NCBI GenBank assembly: GCA_029866025.1
Contig: JARXAD010000006.1
Coordinates: forward strand, 18,907-82,906
DNA length: 64,000 nt
Direction of reading: 5' to 3'
Source of the DNA: Vampirovibrionales bacterium
GTDB taxonomy: Bacteria > Cyanobacteriota > Vampirovibrionia > Vampirovibrionales > Vampirovibrionaceae
Every line of letters begins with the position of its first letter. Positions within the stretch are counted from its first letter, which is position 1. Under the pieces are notes generated by a model. The model was not told where the DNA came from, did no database searches, and worked only from the letters and a program-made list of their open reading frames with translations. Shown here one piece after another: positions 41,001 to 50,584 of this stretch. Both the position numbers and the translations under genes were made by a program.

Positions 41001-44000
41001 TTCGCCATGGGTTTCTACCGAAATCGTGCGAGAGGCGTCTAAATCACCGCGCAATACCACATCCGCATCCACACCGGTGGTATCAATGGTAATGTTTCCG
41101 CCCTTGGCTTTAGGTTTCTCCAAAATAACCATTTGTTCAACCAATGCTGGCATTGCAACCAACTGCTCATTCGTTGCTAAATCAGCGGATGCTTGAATAA
41201 CCACATCGCTATTTTCACCCGTCGTGGTGATAAGGATATCGTTGCCCGAGTCAATTTGGCCGCCCAGCGTGATTTGGCTATTGTCGCCAACGGTGGAAAG
41301 CTCGGTATTACCATCGCTATCAATCGTTCCGCCGCTTACTTGAGTAATATCGGCGTTACGATCAGCAAGGGTTTTAACAATAACCGTGCCACCCTTGCTA
41401 TTAATGTTGCTGTCATCGTTTAAGCGAATATGGCTACGGCGACCATTGGTTTGCAACGTCACACCGTTGCTACCACTCACTTCCGAGTCGATAGTCAATT
41501 CGGCGTCGTTACCCGTGGTGCTTAAGGCTACCGTATTTGAGGCGATAATCGTGGCAGGGGTGTTCACATTTAGGTCTAGATTGTTGGCCGTGGCACTAAA
41601 GATTCCGCCGGTAGAGGCACCTGCAAAATCCAAGCTGGTTTCGTCAACAGCGTTGTCGGCAGTAATCTCAGCGCCAGCAATAATGGTGACGTTACCGGTA
41701 CCGCCAGCAGCCATTACCGTCACACCGTCTTTATCGGTGAAGGTAATGGCACCGTTGTTACTGGTAAGGGTTGCCGTCGTGGCATCGACGTTAGTTAAGG
41801 TAATGGTTTTAGCAGATTCCTTTGTTTCAGCCGTTAAGGTACCCGCAGCTACAGTGGATAGAGATGCCTGACCAATATTGCCAACCTTGGCAGTGGTTGT
41901 TAACCCACTGGCACGGTTAGCGCCAACAAAGGTAATACCGGTTTCTACGTTGTTATTGTTGTTTACATCGGTACCGCTAGAAGCTGCGACCAAAGTCACA
42001 TTGGCGCCAGAAGCTCCCACGGTGGCGGTAAAGCCGTCGCTATCGCTGTACTCATGAGTTCCACCCGACGTGGCCAAGGTGTACTGCGTAACATCGTTGC
42101 CTTCATTATTTAGGGTTGTGTTACCCGTGCCGGTGGTTAAATTCAAGGTATTAGCCGTAACACTACCCGTCACGCTAATGTTATTGCTACCAGCGGCCAA
42201 TAAATTAACGTTGCCAGCCGTGCTGGCCAAAGTGCCTGCGGTTATGCTGGTGGGGCCATAGCCGCCAGCACTGCCATCCAAGGTAATATCGCCAGTGGTA
42301 TTGATGGTACCAATGTCAATGGCGCTGTTGGAAGCGGCCGTCACACTCACGCTATCGGCGGTGATGCTGGTACCGGTGGTGGGGGCCGAGTTGCCTTGGG
42401 TAATCACCACGTCATCGGTGGCGTTCAGGGTCCCAAAGGTTAAGCCTGTGCTGTTACCACCACTAATCGTAATGTCATCGGTGGCGTCAATACGGGTGAT
42501 ACCAGTGACGTCACGCAAGGTGACAGCCACATCGCCATCCACGCCTTGGGCATTCAGGGTTAAACCTGCCAAATGGTTGTTGTTAACGTGGTCTAAAGTA
42601 ATGTCACCATCGGCGGTGGTAATGGAAACGGCAGCGGTGTTGGACAAACCACCCGACTGGGTCACGTTACCGGCAGAAACGGTGGCCAATTTTAAGGTGC
42701 CTTTACCGCCAGTCGCATCCGTATCCAAGTTGCTTACGCCTAAAATCACGCCATTGGCTTCACTAATGTTGGCGGTACCGGCTTGGGTGTTAAAGGACAA
42801 AGTCCCAACAGTGGTATTAATCGCAGCGCCTGCAGCCGTGCCATCTTTGGTGGCATTACCGGTGCCAGTAGTTAAGTTGAGGGCATTACCCGAAACACTA
42901 CCCGTCACGCTAATGTTGTTGCTACCTGCGGCTAATAGATTCACGTTACCGGCGGTGCTGTTTAAGATGTTGCTGGTAATGCTGGTGGGGCCAAAGCCGC
43001 CTGCACTGCCATCCAAGGTAATATTACCCACGGTATTGATGGTGCCAATGTTAATGGCGCTGTTGGAAGCAGCCGTCACACTCACGCTATCGGCAGTGAT
43101 GCTGGTACCGGTGGTGGGAGCCGAGTTGCTTTGGGTGATCACCACGTCATCAGTGGCGTTTAGGGTACCAAAGGTAAAGCCGGTGCTGTTTCCGCCATTA
43201 ATGGTGATGTCATCGCCTGCAGTGGCATTGCTAATGGCGCTCACACCGCCCAAGCCCAAGGTAATATCCGCAGCAGAGTTGAGGCTAATGGTTTTGGCGC
43301 CCAAGGTAAAAATGCGATTAGCACTGGTGGTAATATCGCCCAAGTTACTCAAGCCCAAGTTGTAGCCCAAGGTGCCAGCATTCAAGTCACCCGTAATAGA
43401 AAGGCCCGTACCCGTAGTGGTTTGACCAATATTCACGGTGCCTGCACCCAAACGACCCAATTCATTGGCGCTTACGCCCAAGGTAGCAATGCCATCGGCT
43501 GCCGCGCCACCCACTTGGATGCCACGACTATCGGTGGTTTGAATGGCCAAGGTGCCGCTACCCGCGTTCACCATTTTGGTGGCTGGGTTAATAAAATTAG
43601 AATCCACAACCAACTGCTTGCCTTTTAGGGTGATGTTTTGGTTGTTGGTTTGAATGACGCTATTGCTGCCACTAGAAGGCGCAATCGTCATGGAATTGAG
43701 GGTGATTTCACCCGTTGAACCCACACCATTACCAGCGGTGACAGCTACCGTGCCATTTTGAGAGACCAATTGGCCTTGGTTAATCAACAAATTGTTGTTC
43801 AACGTTACTTGATTGTTGGCATTGACCACAATGTTTTGGACAGCCACAACACCACGATTGACCACAATACTGTTACCACCCGCATAGGTGCTGGTGTCTA
43901 AGGTTACGTTTTTACCAGAAATAGCGGTGGAATTAGAGGTGGAATCAATATTGATGTTGCGGCCTGTCAAGGTCACATCACCCAAGCCATTGGTGTTAAT

Positions 44001-45956
44001 ACCCGAACCAAAAATGTTGTTAAGGTTCACATCCCCACTACCGTTGCGAGTGGGAGTGGCAACACCGCCGGTAATGTCAGAATCCGCATTAAGCACTACA
44101 TTCAACGCACCGATACCGGCATTACCCGTAATGGTGCTGGACACATTGATATCATTTGCTGCGTTCATGGTGAGGGTAGCAGCGCCCGCACCACCACTTT
44201 TAGTAATATTAGCCAACACATTAATGTTGCCATCTTGAGAGCCTGTAGTACCTGTCGTAATCGTTACGCTGGTGCCTGCATTTAAGGCACTCTCAATATT
44301 ACTAGCCCGCACGTTGGATAAAATGCCATTCGCATTAAAGTTTGGAGAAGCCGTTACGCTAAAAGTAGGCAAATTGGTAATAGTGACGTTACGAGGATCC
44401 ATGAGCCACGTACCGCCCACGCCATTGCTAGCACTGGCATCTACTAAGCCTAAGTCTACGGCCAAGTACTCTTTACCGCTGGTTTCTACAAAACCGCCGT
44501 TACCGCCTTGGGGACCGCCTTTGGCTTCAATACGGCCGTCAAAAAAGGTGGCGTTATCGGCCCAAACAATGGCCTTACCACCATTACCATTATTGGTGGC
44601 ACTCACGTTAATGGTGGCGCCGTTCTCTACCACGGTGTTTTTGGCATTCTGAATGGAGGCATCTTGGCCTAAGTAGTTACCACCCACCAAGACGATTCCA
44701 CCACCGGTGGCACCGCTGGCATCAATCACCGAGGTAGCTAGCAACGAAACGGTTTCATCGCCCAACACGTGAACCGCTCCGCCTTTGCCGGTTTGGCTAC
44801 TGGCCAGTAGTTCACCACTGTTTACTACATCGCCGCCTTTGGCGATCAGCTCAATGGTGCCGCCGTCGCCTTCTACTAAAGCATTGGCGCTAACACGACC
44901 GGTGTTGTTAACGATGGCATCCATCAAAGCGTTTTTCACGCCATCGGCAACAATTTGAATTTTTTGTGCAGACAAGGTGCCTGAGTTCAACACGGACGAG
45001 CCTTCAACGGCTTCTTTCACGCCTTCGGTTACGGTTAAACCAATGAGGTCATCGCCCAAGGTAATGCGCTCACCCACACCCAGGTTGATGGTACCGCCAG
45101 TAGCAGTAAGGGCTCCGGCTTGGGCAATTTGGGTAGCCAGCAACGAGAGGGACCCACCCTGAGACGCGTTTAGCTGAGCGCCATTCTCCACCGTGATTTT
45201 GCCCATGGCATCGGTAGCACTGCGAAAGAAGTTGTAGCGACCGGCCAAGAAATCAGAGTTGTTGATGTTTAAGGTAGAAGCAACCAAACCACCCACGTTA
45301 ATGACGGACGAGCCACCAAACACCACGCCGCCGGGGTTGACCAAAAACACCCGACCGTTGCTGTTAATGTTTCCGTAAATCTGAGAGAGCTGACCACTGA
45401 CCACCCGGTTGAGAATGGACGAGCTGGCAGACGGCAAATTAAAGTTAACAGTGGCGTTACTACCCACGTTAAAGGTGTTGTAGTTTACAATGCTGCGAAC
45501 CGACCCCGTGCTCACATCCAGCACATTACCGTTTTGGGTAAAGGTATGGTTACCGCTTACCGACACATAACCCGTTGGTAGCGCGTTGGGGTCTAGGGCA
45601 AAAGCAGGTGCTAACAGAGACTGCGTCAGAACCGCAGCCAATCCGGCGGCAACAGCGCCACGGGTGGCCAAGCCGTTTAAGTGGCCGAAGAGGAGAGCCA
45701 CTGTAGTATTAAGGTCTTCTTTGTCTGTAGTGAAGGTTTTTAAACGACCACCGGCAAAACACACATAGGTGTGAGATTTGTTGCCAATTCGCTGAATATT
45801 GGACACCCACGAGGAAGATTCAGCTTGTTTGGCCTGCTTTTGCTGAAGGGCCTGCGCTAATAAGCGCTGAGATGAGGTGGAACGACCTTCAACAGGAGAA
45901 TCGGTAGGAATAGCAGCGGTGGTGGTGGTAGACATGCGGTAAAACCCTATCTTCAA
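38094..45956 (-). CDS. Two-partner-secretion exoprotein (TpsA; filamentous haemagglutinin/adhesin-like, 2620 aa)
   Basis: N-terminal TPS/haemagglutination-activity domain (…NPGGVVFGGSSVINVGGLVAS…), very Asn/Thr/Gly-rich beta-helical repeats, internal duplications, tpsB immediately upstream. Confidence 0.85.
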   Translation of the reverse strand: MKIGFYRMSTTTTAAIPTDSPVEGRSTSSQRLLAQALQQKQAKQAESSSWVSNIQRIGNKSHTYVCFAGGRLKTFTTDKEDLNTTVALLFGHLNGLATRGAVAAGLAAVLTQSLLAPAFALDPNALPTGYVSVSGNHTFTQNGNVLDVSTGSVRSIVNYNTFNVGSNATVNFNLPSASSSILNRVVSGQLSQIYGNINSNGRVFLVNPGGVVFGGSSVINVGGLVASTLNINNSDFLAGRYNFFRSATDAMGKITVENGAQLNASQGGSLSLLATQIAQAGALTATGGTINLGVGERITLGDDLIGLTVTEGVKEAVEGSSVLNSGTLSAQKIQIVADGVKNALMDAIVNNTGRVSANALVEGDGGTIELIAKGGDVVNSGELLASSQTGKGGAVHVLGDETVSLLATSVIDASGATGGGIVLVGGNYLGQDASIQNAKNTVVENGATINVSATNNGNGGKAIVWADNATFFDGRIEAKGGPQGGNGGFVETSGKEYLAVDLGLVDASASNGVGGTWLMDPRNVTITNLPTFSVTASPNFNANGILSNVRASNIESALNAGTSVTITTGTTGSQDGNINVLANITKSGGAGAATLTMNAANDINVSSTITGNAGIGALNVVLNADSDITGGVATPTRNGSGDVNLNNIFGSGINTNGLGDVTLTGRNINIDSTSNSTAISGKNVTLDTSTYAGGNSIVVNRGVVAVQNIVVNANNQVTLNNNLLINQGQLVSQNGTVAVTAGNGVGSTGEITLNSMTIAPSSGSNSVIQTNNQNITLKGKQLVVDSNFINPATKMVNAGSGTLAIQTTDSRGIQVGGAAADGIATLGVSANELGRLGAGTVNIGQTTTGTGLSITGDLNAGTLGYNLGLSNLGDITTSANRIFTLGAKTISLNSAADITLGLGGVSAISNATAGDDITINGGNSTGFTFGTLNATDDVVITQSNSAPTTGTSITADSVSVTAASNSAINIGTINTVGNITLDGSAGGFGPTSITSNILNSTAGNVNLLAAGSNNISVTGSVSGNALNLTTGTGNATKDGTAAGAAINTTVGTLSFNTQAGTANISEANGVILGVSNLDTDATGGKGTLKLATVSAGNVTQSGGLSNTAAVSITTADGDITLDHVNNNHLAGLTLNAQGVDGDVAVTLRDVTGITRIDATDDITISGGNSTGLTFGTLNATDDVVITQGNSAPTTGTSITADSVSVTAASNSAIDIGTINTTGDITLDGSAGGYGPTSITAGTLASTAGNVNLLAAGSNNISVTGSVTANTLNLTTGTGNTTLNNEGNDVTQYTLATSGGTHEYSDSDGFTATVGASGANVTLVAASSGTDVNNNNNVETGITFVGANRASGLTTTAKVGNIGQASLSTVAAGTLTAETKESAKTITLTNVDATTATLTSNNGAITFTDKDGVTVMAAGGTGNVTIIAGAEITADNAVDETSLDFAGASTGGIFSATANNLDLNVNTPATIIASNTVALSTTGNDAELTIDSEVSGSNGVTLQTNGRRSHIRLNDDSNINSKGGTVIVKTLADRNADITQVSGGTIDSDGNTELSTVGDNSQITLGGQIDSGNDILITTTGENSDVVIQASADLATNEQLVAMPALVEQMVILEKPKAKGGNITIDTTGVDADVVLRGDLDASRTISVETHGEDADITQYKNSDVNADKNAVIRTFAKDSAIELDGDVNGDDLVRIATHGKDSDITLGENSTITNSTFSDVKRVMLGEDADGKIIIRTTNKQSGITQLNGSEVNGEADVLIETTDNNADIELNGTVTSDNGNIDVLTEGQDSDITLGANSYLATYGNDGEMVAAAVYEGPTGSSGSSGYSGSTGATAGMGNITLNTTGADSAIVQNAGSLVDSVNDVTFKTTGDTSRIDQNGYVVADNNATLLTEGNGSPITQGSSIGSSGSSGYSGYYGYSGYSGASGYTTTVGTIEAGNTVDIRTQGTTSRGESGASGGYGGSGMSGMVYRVTTGVDSDITLNGYTEGTNGVTVATEGANSDITLTSTAAIESDNNVLVNTLASNATVDINGDITSYAGAIDVLTEGDDSTITLGESSDLETGGYVEEESRVYGDGITVKTTGNYASINQNSGSYVDADGDVRIETTGYNAPVDVNGTVISEDGNIDVHTEGSYSSITLGSDSYLATYSSGASASTGGSGVSGSSGSSGATGFFERSEVRSSGDINVITDGFSSRILQEGGSGMGWYSKYRSQGSVVDAGHDVNFISYGDDSRIDQNGAIYAGNNVSLLTEGNGSPITQGGSIGSSGSSGSSGSSGSTGFSGPFFEGRFEEESFFIAGGSIDAGNKVDIRTKGGGFSNEKERVEDGSQTYSDINLNGDTHGDNGVTVTTENSDSSINIGEGATVTADDALIWFKSNLQDIQGLVNAGTESGQITLSAWDANTTLGLGGGSGLLNITQTEFDNLTARDIFFGDSETNGLINLGLLDARAKAATDITFNTRFSTQETTPNSDSGAGRWNLRMANNRSVYYTGGATNADDRTTSAGIRFVGTNTQRFGDLDVELNGDGLLYAKLPDGLFSGKFLKVITPNGSAFVNVPGDDDGGEESNKLKNLAGNLRGRSGSQINNQFKGTTIPLNEDSVQNSQQFGGNPSGNAGLGGPLF

Positions 45957-46178
45957 AGTGTAAAACGTGTATCAAAGTCGTATCAAAAAATGGTGGGGAA
46001 AAGTCCCTGTTAGAGATTAAAACCAGTGGAGAAATATTTATTGCCCCTTTTTGGTGTTGCCACCAAAAAGGGTTACAAGGTAAAAATTTGTATCTTTTTT
46101 GTATTTTTTTGTTGCTTATGTGTCAACCAACTCCAGCAAATAGTGGGTAGGAAAAAGACACCTAAAGAACGAAAAACC

Positions 46179-48059
46179 TTAGAATAGACGGCTTTCTAGG
46201 CCAAAGTGAATACGCACACCATTGGAGTCTGGTTGTTGTTTTAACAAGGGGACGCCTAAATCCATACGAGCATTAAACAAGCGCGTTAGCTTGGCTCGAA
46301 CACCAATGCCGGCACCCCAAGCAAATGCCCCCGACTGCACACTGCCTGATGCGGGATTAACACCGTTAAAGGCATTGTTTTCTGCAACATAACCAAAATC
46401 AGTAAAGGTTACGAGCTCTAAATTATTGTGCAAGTTGTAGCCAAGTACATTGAAGGTTTCTGGAATAAAGCGGCAAGGGATGTGCCATTCGCCACTAATT
46501 GTCACGCCCGTATCGCCAATCATCCGGCCTTCTTTGTAGCCGCGCACGGTGGCGTTACCTCCCAATTGAAATTGCTCCAAAGAAATTAACGAGTCGCGGC
46601 TAAACTGGCCGAAGCTTTTAAAAATACCGTAGGTTTGCCAGGGTAGGCGTTGCACTCTAGACACCATGGTTGTGTTCTTTAAGAATGCCCTGTCGGCATT
46701 GGGACGGCTTGAGTCCACTTCTTCATTAAGGATGCTGCCCAACGATAATTCACTACGAACAAAGGTTTGGCCCCATTTGTCATAAAAGCGGCCACTAAGG
46801 GCTGGATTTACAACAAACAAGCTATCGGCATTGATGCGGGTTCCGTTAGCAAAAAACTTGCTCCGCTTGGTACCCAAGGCTAATTCTGCGGTTACCACGG
46901 CCCGCTCATTGCGGAATAATTCTTGAGACACGTAAGGCAGATAAAAACTGGATCGGCCTCTAAAATCGTTACCATCTTGAGAGAAGTCAAAGTGAGTGTG
47001 GGCAAAGTTAATACCCAACTTGGTACCGTGACTGGCAATGGGCAATTCATACCCGTTAATCAAACCCCAAGAGTGGCGGGTCATAAAGAAGCTGCTAAAG
47101 GCACTATCACCCAAACCCAAAGTGTTGGAAGAACTTAAGGTGGCTCCGGTGCGGTACAAACCAATGGGCTCACGGCCCAAGTTGTCAAAAAATGGGGTTA
47201 AGTGAATAGGAAAAACTTGCCCGCCTTCTTTAGGTGAAATCACCACTTCCGTCTGACCCGATTCTTTGCCGGGCTTAAGGGTGGCTTGCAAGGCTAAATC
47301 GGGGTTTTCGTTAATTCGGCGTAACGACCGTTTCAAATCTTGCACTTTAAACACGTCGCCTTCGTGCAAATCAATGCGGGGGCGCAGCGAGAGCGGTGCG
47401 TAATGGTACTTCATCCCTTCAAAACGAACTTCACTAATCACCCCCTCATCGGCTTTAATTAAAATCACGCCGTTTTCAATTTTCTGGGGCGGTATAAACA
47501 CCAAGGTGGTTATGAAGCCCTTTTCTTCGTATAAATCCGTTAACTTATCAGCAATGGCGTCCTGCATTTCAATAAAAGGCACTTCTTTGCCAATAAAGGG
47601 GCCCGTAATGGCCTCAATTTCTTTCTCAGAAAGCTTGGTTGCGCCTTCAATGTTGATTTGATTGATTTTAATAGGCTTGGTTAAGGATGGATCCAGCACA
47701 GGGGCTTCTGGGCTTTCATCTTCCACCACGGGGTCTTTCGGCGCTTCTTTTACATCGGCAGGCAACTCGTTGGTGGGGGCAATTTCATTGGGCTGGCTGG
47801 TAAAGGGGTTTTTTTGGTCTGGCGTTAGGCTACCAGGTAAAACTTTAAAGCTATTGGGAATGGCTTGTGCGCTTGCCACCATGGGCAATGTGGAGGCCAC
47901 CATAATAGAAATCGCACCCACCGCAAGCACCGAAGCCGTATTTCGCGACAAAATTCCTTTATAGCCGAAAAATTCCATAGGTTTGATATCCTCCAATTTC
48001 TCTACCCCAGATAAGCCAAAGAGGGCAAAGACAAAACATGCATTAAGAATTAGTAACAC
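46179..48059 (-). CDS. TpsB outer-membrane transporter (ShlB/FhaC/HecB family, POTRA + 16-strand barrel)
   Basis: 626 aa, POTRA-like region, C-terminal beta-barrel ending RLF; genuine start may be the internal Met with signal peptide (MEFFGYKGIL...). Confidence 0.85.
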   Translation of the reverse strand: MLLILNACFVFALFGLSGVEKLEDIKPMEFFGYKGILSRNTASVLAVGAISIMVASTLPMVASAQAIPNSFKVLPGSLTPDQKNPFTSQPNEIAPTNELPADVKEAPKDPVVEDESPEAPVLDPSLTKPIKINQINIEGATKLSEKEIEAITGPFIGKEVPFIEMQDAIADKLTDLYEEKGFITTLVFIPPQKIENGVILIKADEGVISEVRFEGMKYHYAPLSLRPRIDLHEGDVFKVQDLKRSLRRINENPDLALQATLKPGKESGQTEVVISPKEGGQVFPIHLTPFFDNLGREPIGLYRTGATLSSSNTLGLGDSAFSSFFMTRHSWGLINGYELPIASHGTKLGINFAHTHFDFSQDGNDFRGRSSFYLPYVSQELFRNERAVVTAELALGTKRSKFFANGTRINADSLFVVNPALSGRFYDKWGQTFVRSELSLGSILNEEVDSSRPNADRAFLKNTTMVSRVQRLPWQTYGIFKSFGQFSRDSLISLEQFQLGGNATVRGYKEGRMIGDTGVTISGEWHIPCRFIPETFNVLGYNLHNNLELVTFTDFGYVAENNAFNGVNPASGSVQSGAFAWGAGIGVRAKLTRLFNARMDLGVPLLKQQPDSNGVRIHFGLESRLF

Positions 48060-48172
48060 AAAAACGAATGGAACCCCACTATTATCGTCAACCCCCTAAA
48101 TGCCTTAGCGCCTTTGCATTAAGCCACCCATTTTTATAAGAACGGGTTTTAATGACGACATAGGCTGTTGTT

Positions 48173-49240
48173 TTATGGGGGCCATACAATACCAGGCCAA
48201 TGAGCAAGCAATGTTTCTACGGCCTTGGACCAACTGTACCGCTGGGCAATTGTTACACATTGCAACAATAACGCTGGTTTTTGCCGGGCCAACCGCTGCG
48301 CCTCAGCGGCCAATGCTTCGGGGGTAGCCACCAAAGCCGCCGCATCGGTTTCATCGGAAAATATATCTCGCGGCCCCGTCACATTAAAAGCCACCACAGG
48401 CGTACCACACGCCAAGGCCTCCAACATCACTAGGCCAAAGGTATCTGTTTTACTCGGAAACACCAACACATCACAGGACGCGTAAATGTTTCGAAGGGTT
48501 TCACCCGTCTGCAACCCTAAAAATACAGCCGTTGGATACTGTTGCTTTAACAGCTCTAGGGCAGGGCCCGTACCCACTACCACCTTCGTACCTTCAACCG
48601 CCATGGTTAAAAAATCATCAATGTTCTTTTCCTGAGACACTCGCCCGGCATACAGGTATAACGGCCTGGGACAGTCGGGTAAAAAATCCATTGCCTCTGT
48701 GGCTTCAGTATTGGGATAGAACCGCTGAGTGTCTACGCCTCGAGTCCACAAGGTGAGGTTGTTAAAGCCCTTTCGCTCTAAAAAAGTTTTAAGAGATTGG
48801 GTTGCCACCAACGTTGTTGTGGCCGCCCGATGAAAGCGTCGCAACAGCCAATAACTCCATCGAACGGGGGGAAAGCCGATGTGAGTGCAAATGTATTCTG
48901 GCCATTTGGTGGTTAAAGCGGTAATAAAAGGAATGTGTTTTCGGGCACAGTACCAGCGCGCGGCCATGCCCAAGGGGCCTTCCGTCATAATCAATATGCG
49001 AGTGGGACACACCATTCGAATGTGATGCCCCACAAATAACGGAACCGACAGATGTAAATTGGGGTAAAAGGTGGGGACTGTAAAAAACCGCTGAGGCGTC
49101 AGCACTACAACGGTGTAGCCTTGCTGTTCGAGATAGGCCGTAATGCTTTTAATGGTGGTAACAACCCCATTGGTTTGAGGTTCCCACGCATCGGTAATAA
49201 TCAACAAGGTTTCGTGGCTTGTTATTTGTTGAGGCAGCAC
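48173..49240 (-). CDS. GT4-family glycosyltransferase (group 1)
   Basis: ITDAWEPQTNGVV N-terminal motif and C-terminal E-x7-E-like region (MLEALACGTPVVAF). Confidence 0.8.
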   Translation of the reverse strand: MLPQQITSHETLLIITDAWEPQTNGVVTTIKSITAYLEQQGYTVVVLTPQRFFTVPTFYPNLHLSVPLFVGHHIRMVCPTRILIMTEGPLGMAARWYCARKHIPFITALTTKWPEYICTHIGFPPVRWSYWLLRRFHRAATTTLVATQSLKTFLERKGFNNLTLWTRGVDTQRFYPNTEATEAMDFLPDCPRPLYLYAGRVSQEKNIDDFLTMAVEGTKVVVGTGPALELLKQQYPTAVFLGLQTGETLRNIYASCDVLVFPSKTDTFGLVMLEALACGTPVVAFNVTGPRDIFSDETDAAALVATPEALAAEAQRLARQKPALLLQCVTIAQRYSWSKAVETLLAHWPGIVWPP

Positions 49241-49540
49241 AAGATTATTTCACTCAAAAACAGATACCTCCTATTCAATCACATGAACGTCACGGTGTTG
49301 GGCATTTTGATGACACCCCGCAAGCTGGGTTTACAAGGCAAGGGTAAAAATAGGCGTCGTTTTAATAATTTACCCCCGTTATGATTAATATTGCCACTAA
49401 AAAGGCCGCTGTTGCGGCCAAAGAAAAAGGCCAGATTGCTCTGGCCGGATCATCAAGAGAGAGAGAAAATAATTGAGAGAGAAAATATATAAAAGAAGGT
49501 GATGAGAGTCAATGGCTACGTGCAACAAAGCCCTGTTTTG

Positions 49541-49558
49541 TGTAACAAGGTTGTTACA
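49541..49558. promoter_or_regulatory. 18-bp inverted repeat TGTAACAA-gg-TTGTTACA in ORF-poor spacer
   Basis: Arms exactly complementary. Confidence 0.35.
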
Positions 49559-49642
49559 AGCCGTCTCTACAACGGCTCTCTACACTGATGATTGACCTCA
49601 CCCGATTTCCCACTAAAACCAAAACTGCTAAAGGTTTATACG

Positions 49643-50101
49643 CTAATCATAGACTGATTTTTCAAACTGATAGGACGGCTGACTACCCGCACCGGTTCGC
49701 CCGGTTTTGCCTTCAACCAGCTTAAAATTTTCTTTCCAAATATTGGTACCACCTTGAGAGCGCACCAACCCACGCTTGGGATGGATGATCATGGTATTTT
49801 CCGGTGGATGCATGGGCGGTTTTTGTAGTAAGCCCACGGCTTCTAATAGCCAAATAGCGCCATCAAACCACTGAGAACTGTAGGTGCTGTCCTGTCGCAC
49901 CAATTTAATGTTTTGCATCAACTCCTGGCACGACGCCAACAAATCCAAAATACGATCCACGATGGAAGGCTGAGCATACCGAGGGACGGGGCCCTGTCTT
50001 TTTCTGGCCAAGGCCGAACGGCCTTGCTGCCGCTGAGGAAGGGTGGGTCGACGGTGTGGGGCAGATTGCCTTAAGGTTTTTTCAGGTGGGCGCTGGGCCA
50101 T
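49643..50101 (-). CDS. Hypothetical protein (152 aa, basic N-terminus)
   Basis: Only ORF of reasonable length in the 1.3-kb spacer; no motif. Confidence 0.3.
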   Translation of the reverse strand: MAQRPPEKTLRQSAPHRRPTLPQRQQGRSALARKRQGPVPRYAQPSIVDRILDLLASCQELMQNIKLVRQDSTYSSQWFDGAIWLLEAVGLLQKPPMHPPENTMIIHPKRGLVRSQGGTNIWKENFKLVEGKTGRTGAGSQPSYQFEKSVYD

Positions 50102-50384
50102 ACCAAAATCCTCTAAAGCCTCAAGGGCTCGTTAATCCACGACAGTAGGTTTTATGTATCTTTTGTAGAGTGGGCAATCCACTCCGTCGCCTACAACCGG
50201 TAAGCGTTGGTCTCCGATTTTTAACATCACTCCACTCTGTTTGTTTTACGTCTCTTCTCGGAACGAATGTGGCTCGGTGGCGCTGCTCTGTTCCGTGTTT
50301 TATTAATATACACCTGCACAAATATAAAAACAATCCTAATATTTTCACGATGTTGAGTGGCTGTAACAAACAGCGGTTAAAGCA

Positions 50385-50405
50385 CTCTTAAGAAATTCTT
50401 AAGAG
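50385..50405. promoter_or_regulatory. 21-bp perfect inverted repeat ctcttaagaa-a-ttcttaagag
   Basis: 10-bp arms exactly complementary; adjacent smaller IR gctgtaacaaacagc at 50360-50374. Confidence 0.35.
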
Positions 50406-50584
50406 TATCAACCCCATATCTACTAGATTCATGAGAGATACTCTCCTACGGCCATTCTGTTACATAACATTGCGTTACATACTAGCACCTGCTCCAAAAG
50501 GAGCTTTTATACTGACATTTGGCGTAAGTCTCTAAAACCAATGCAAAATGCCCGCATATCACATATAAAAGCCGGATTTGCCGC

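Noticed and set aside
42295-43365. 356-aa plus-strand ORF (and many 60-160-aa ORFs) inside tpsA, ndvB and carB
   Set aside because: Antisense shadow ORFs of long, compositionally biased genes; the 356-aa one simply mirrors the tpsA internal duplication and has no start context.
38094-45956. Contact-dependent inhibition (CdiA-CT/CdiI) system
   Set aside because: No VENN motif or distinct C-terminal toxin domain and no small immunity ORF downstream; the adjacent gene is convergent and signal-peptide bearing.
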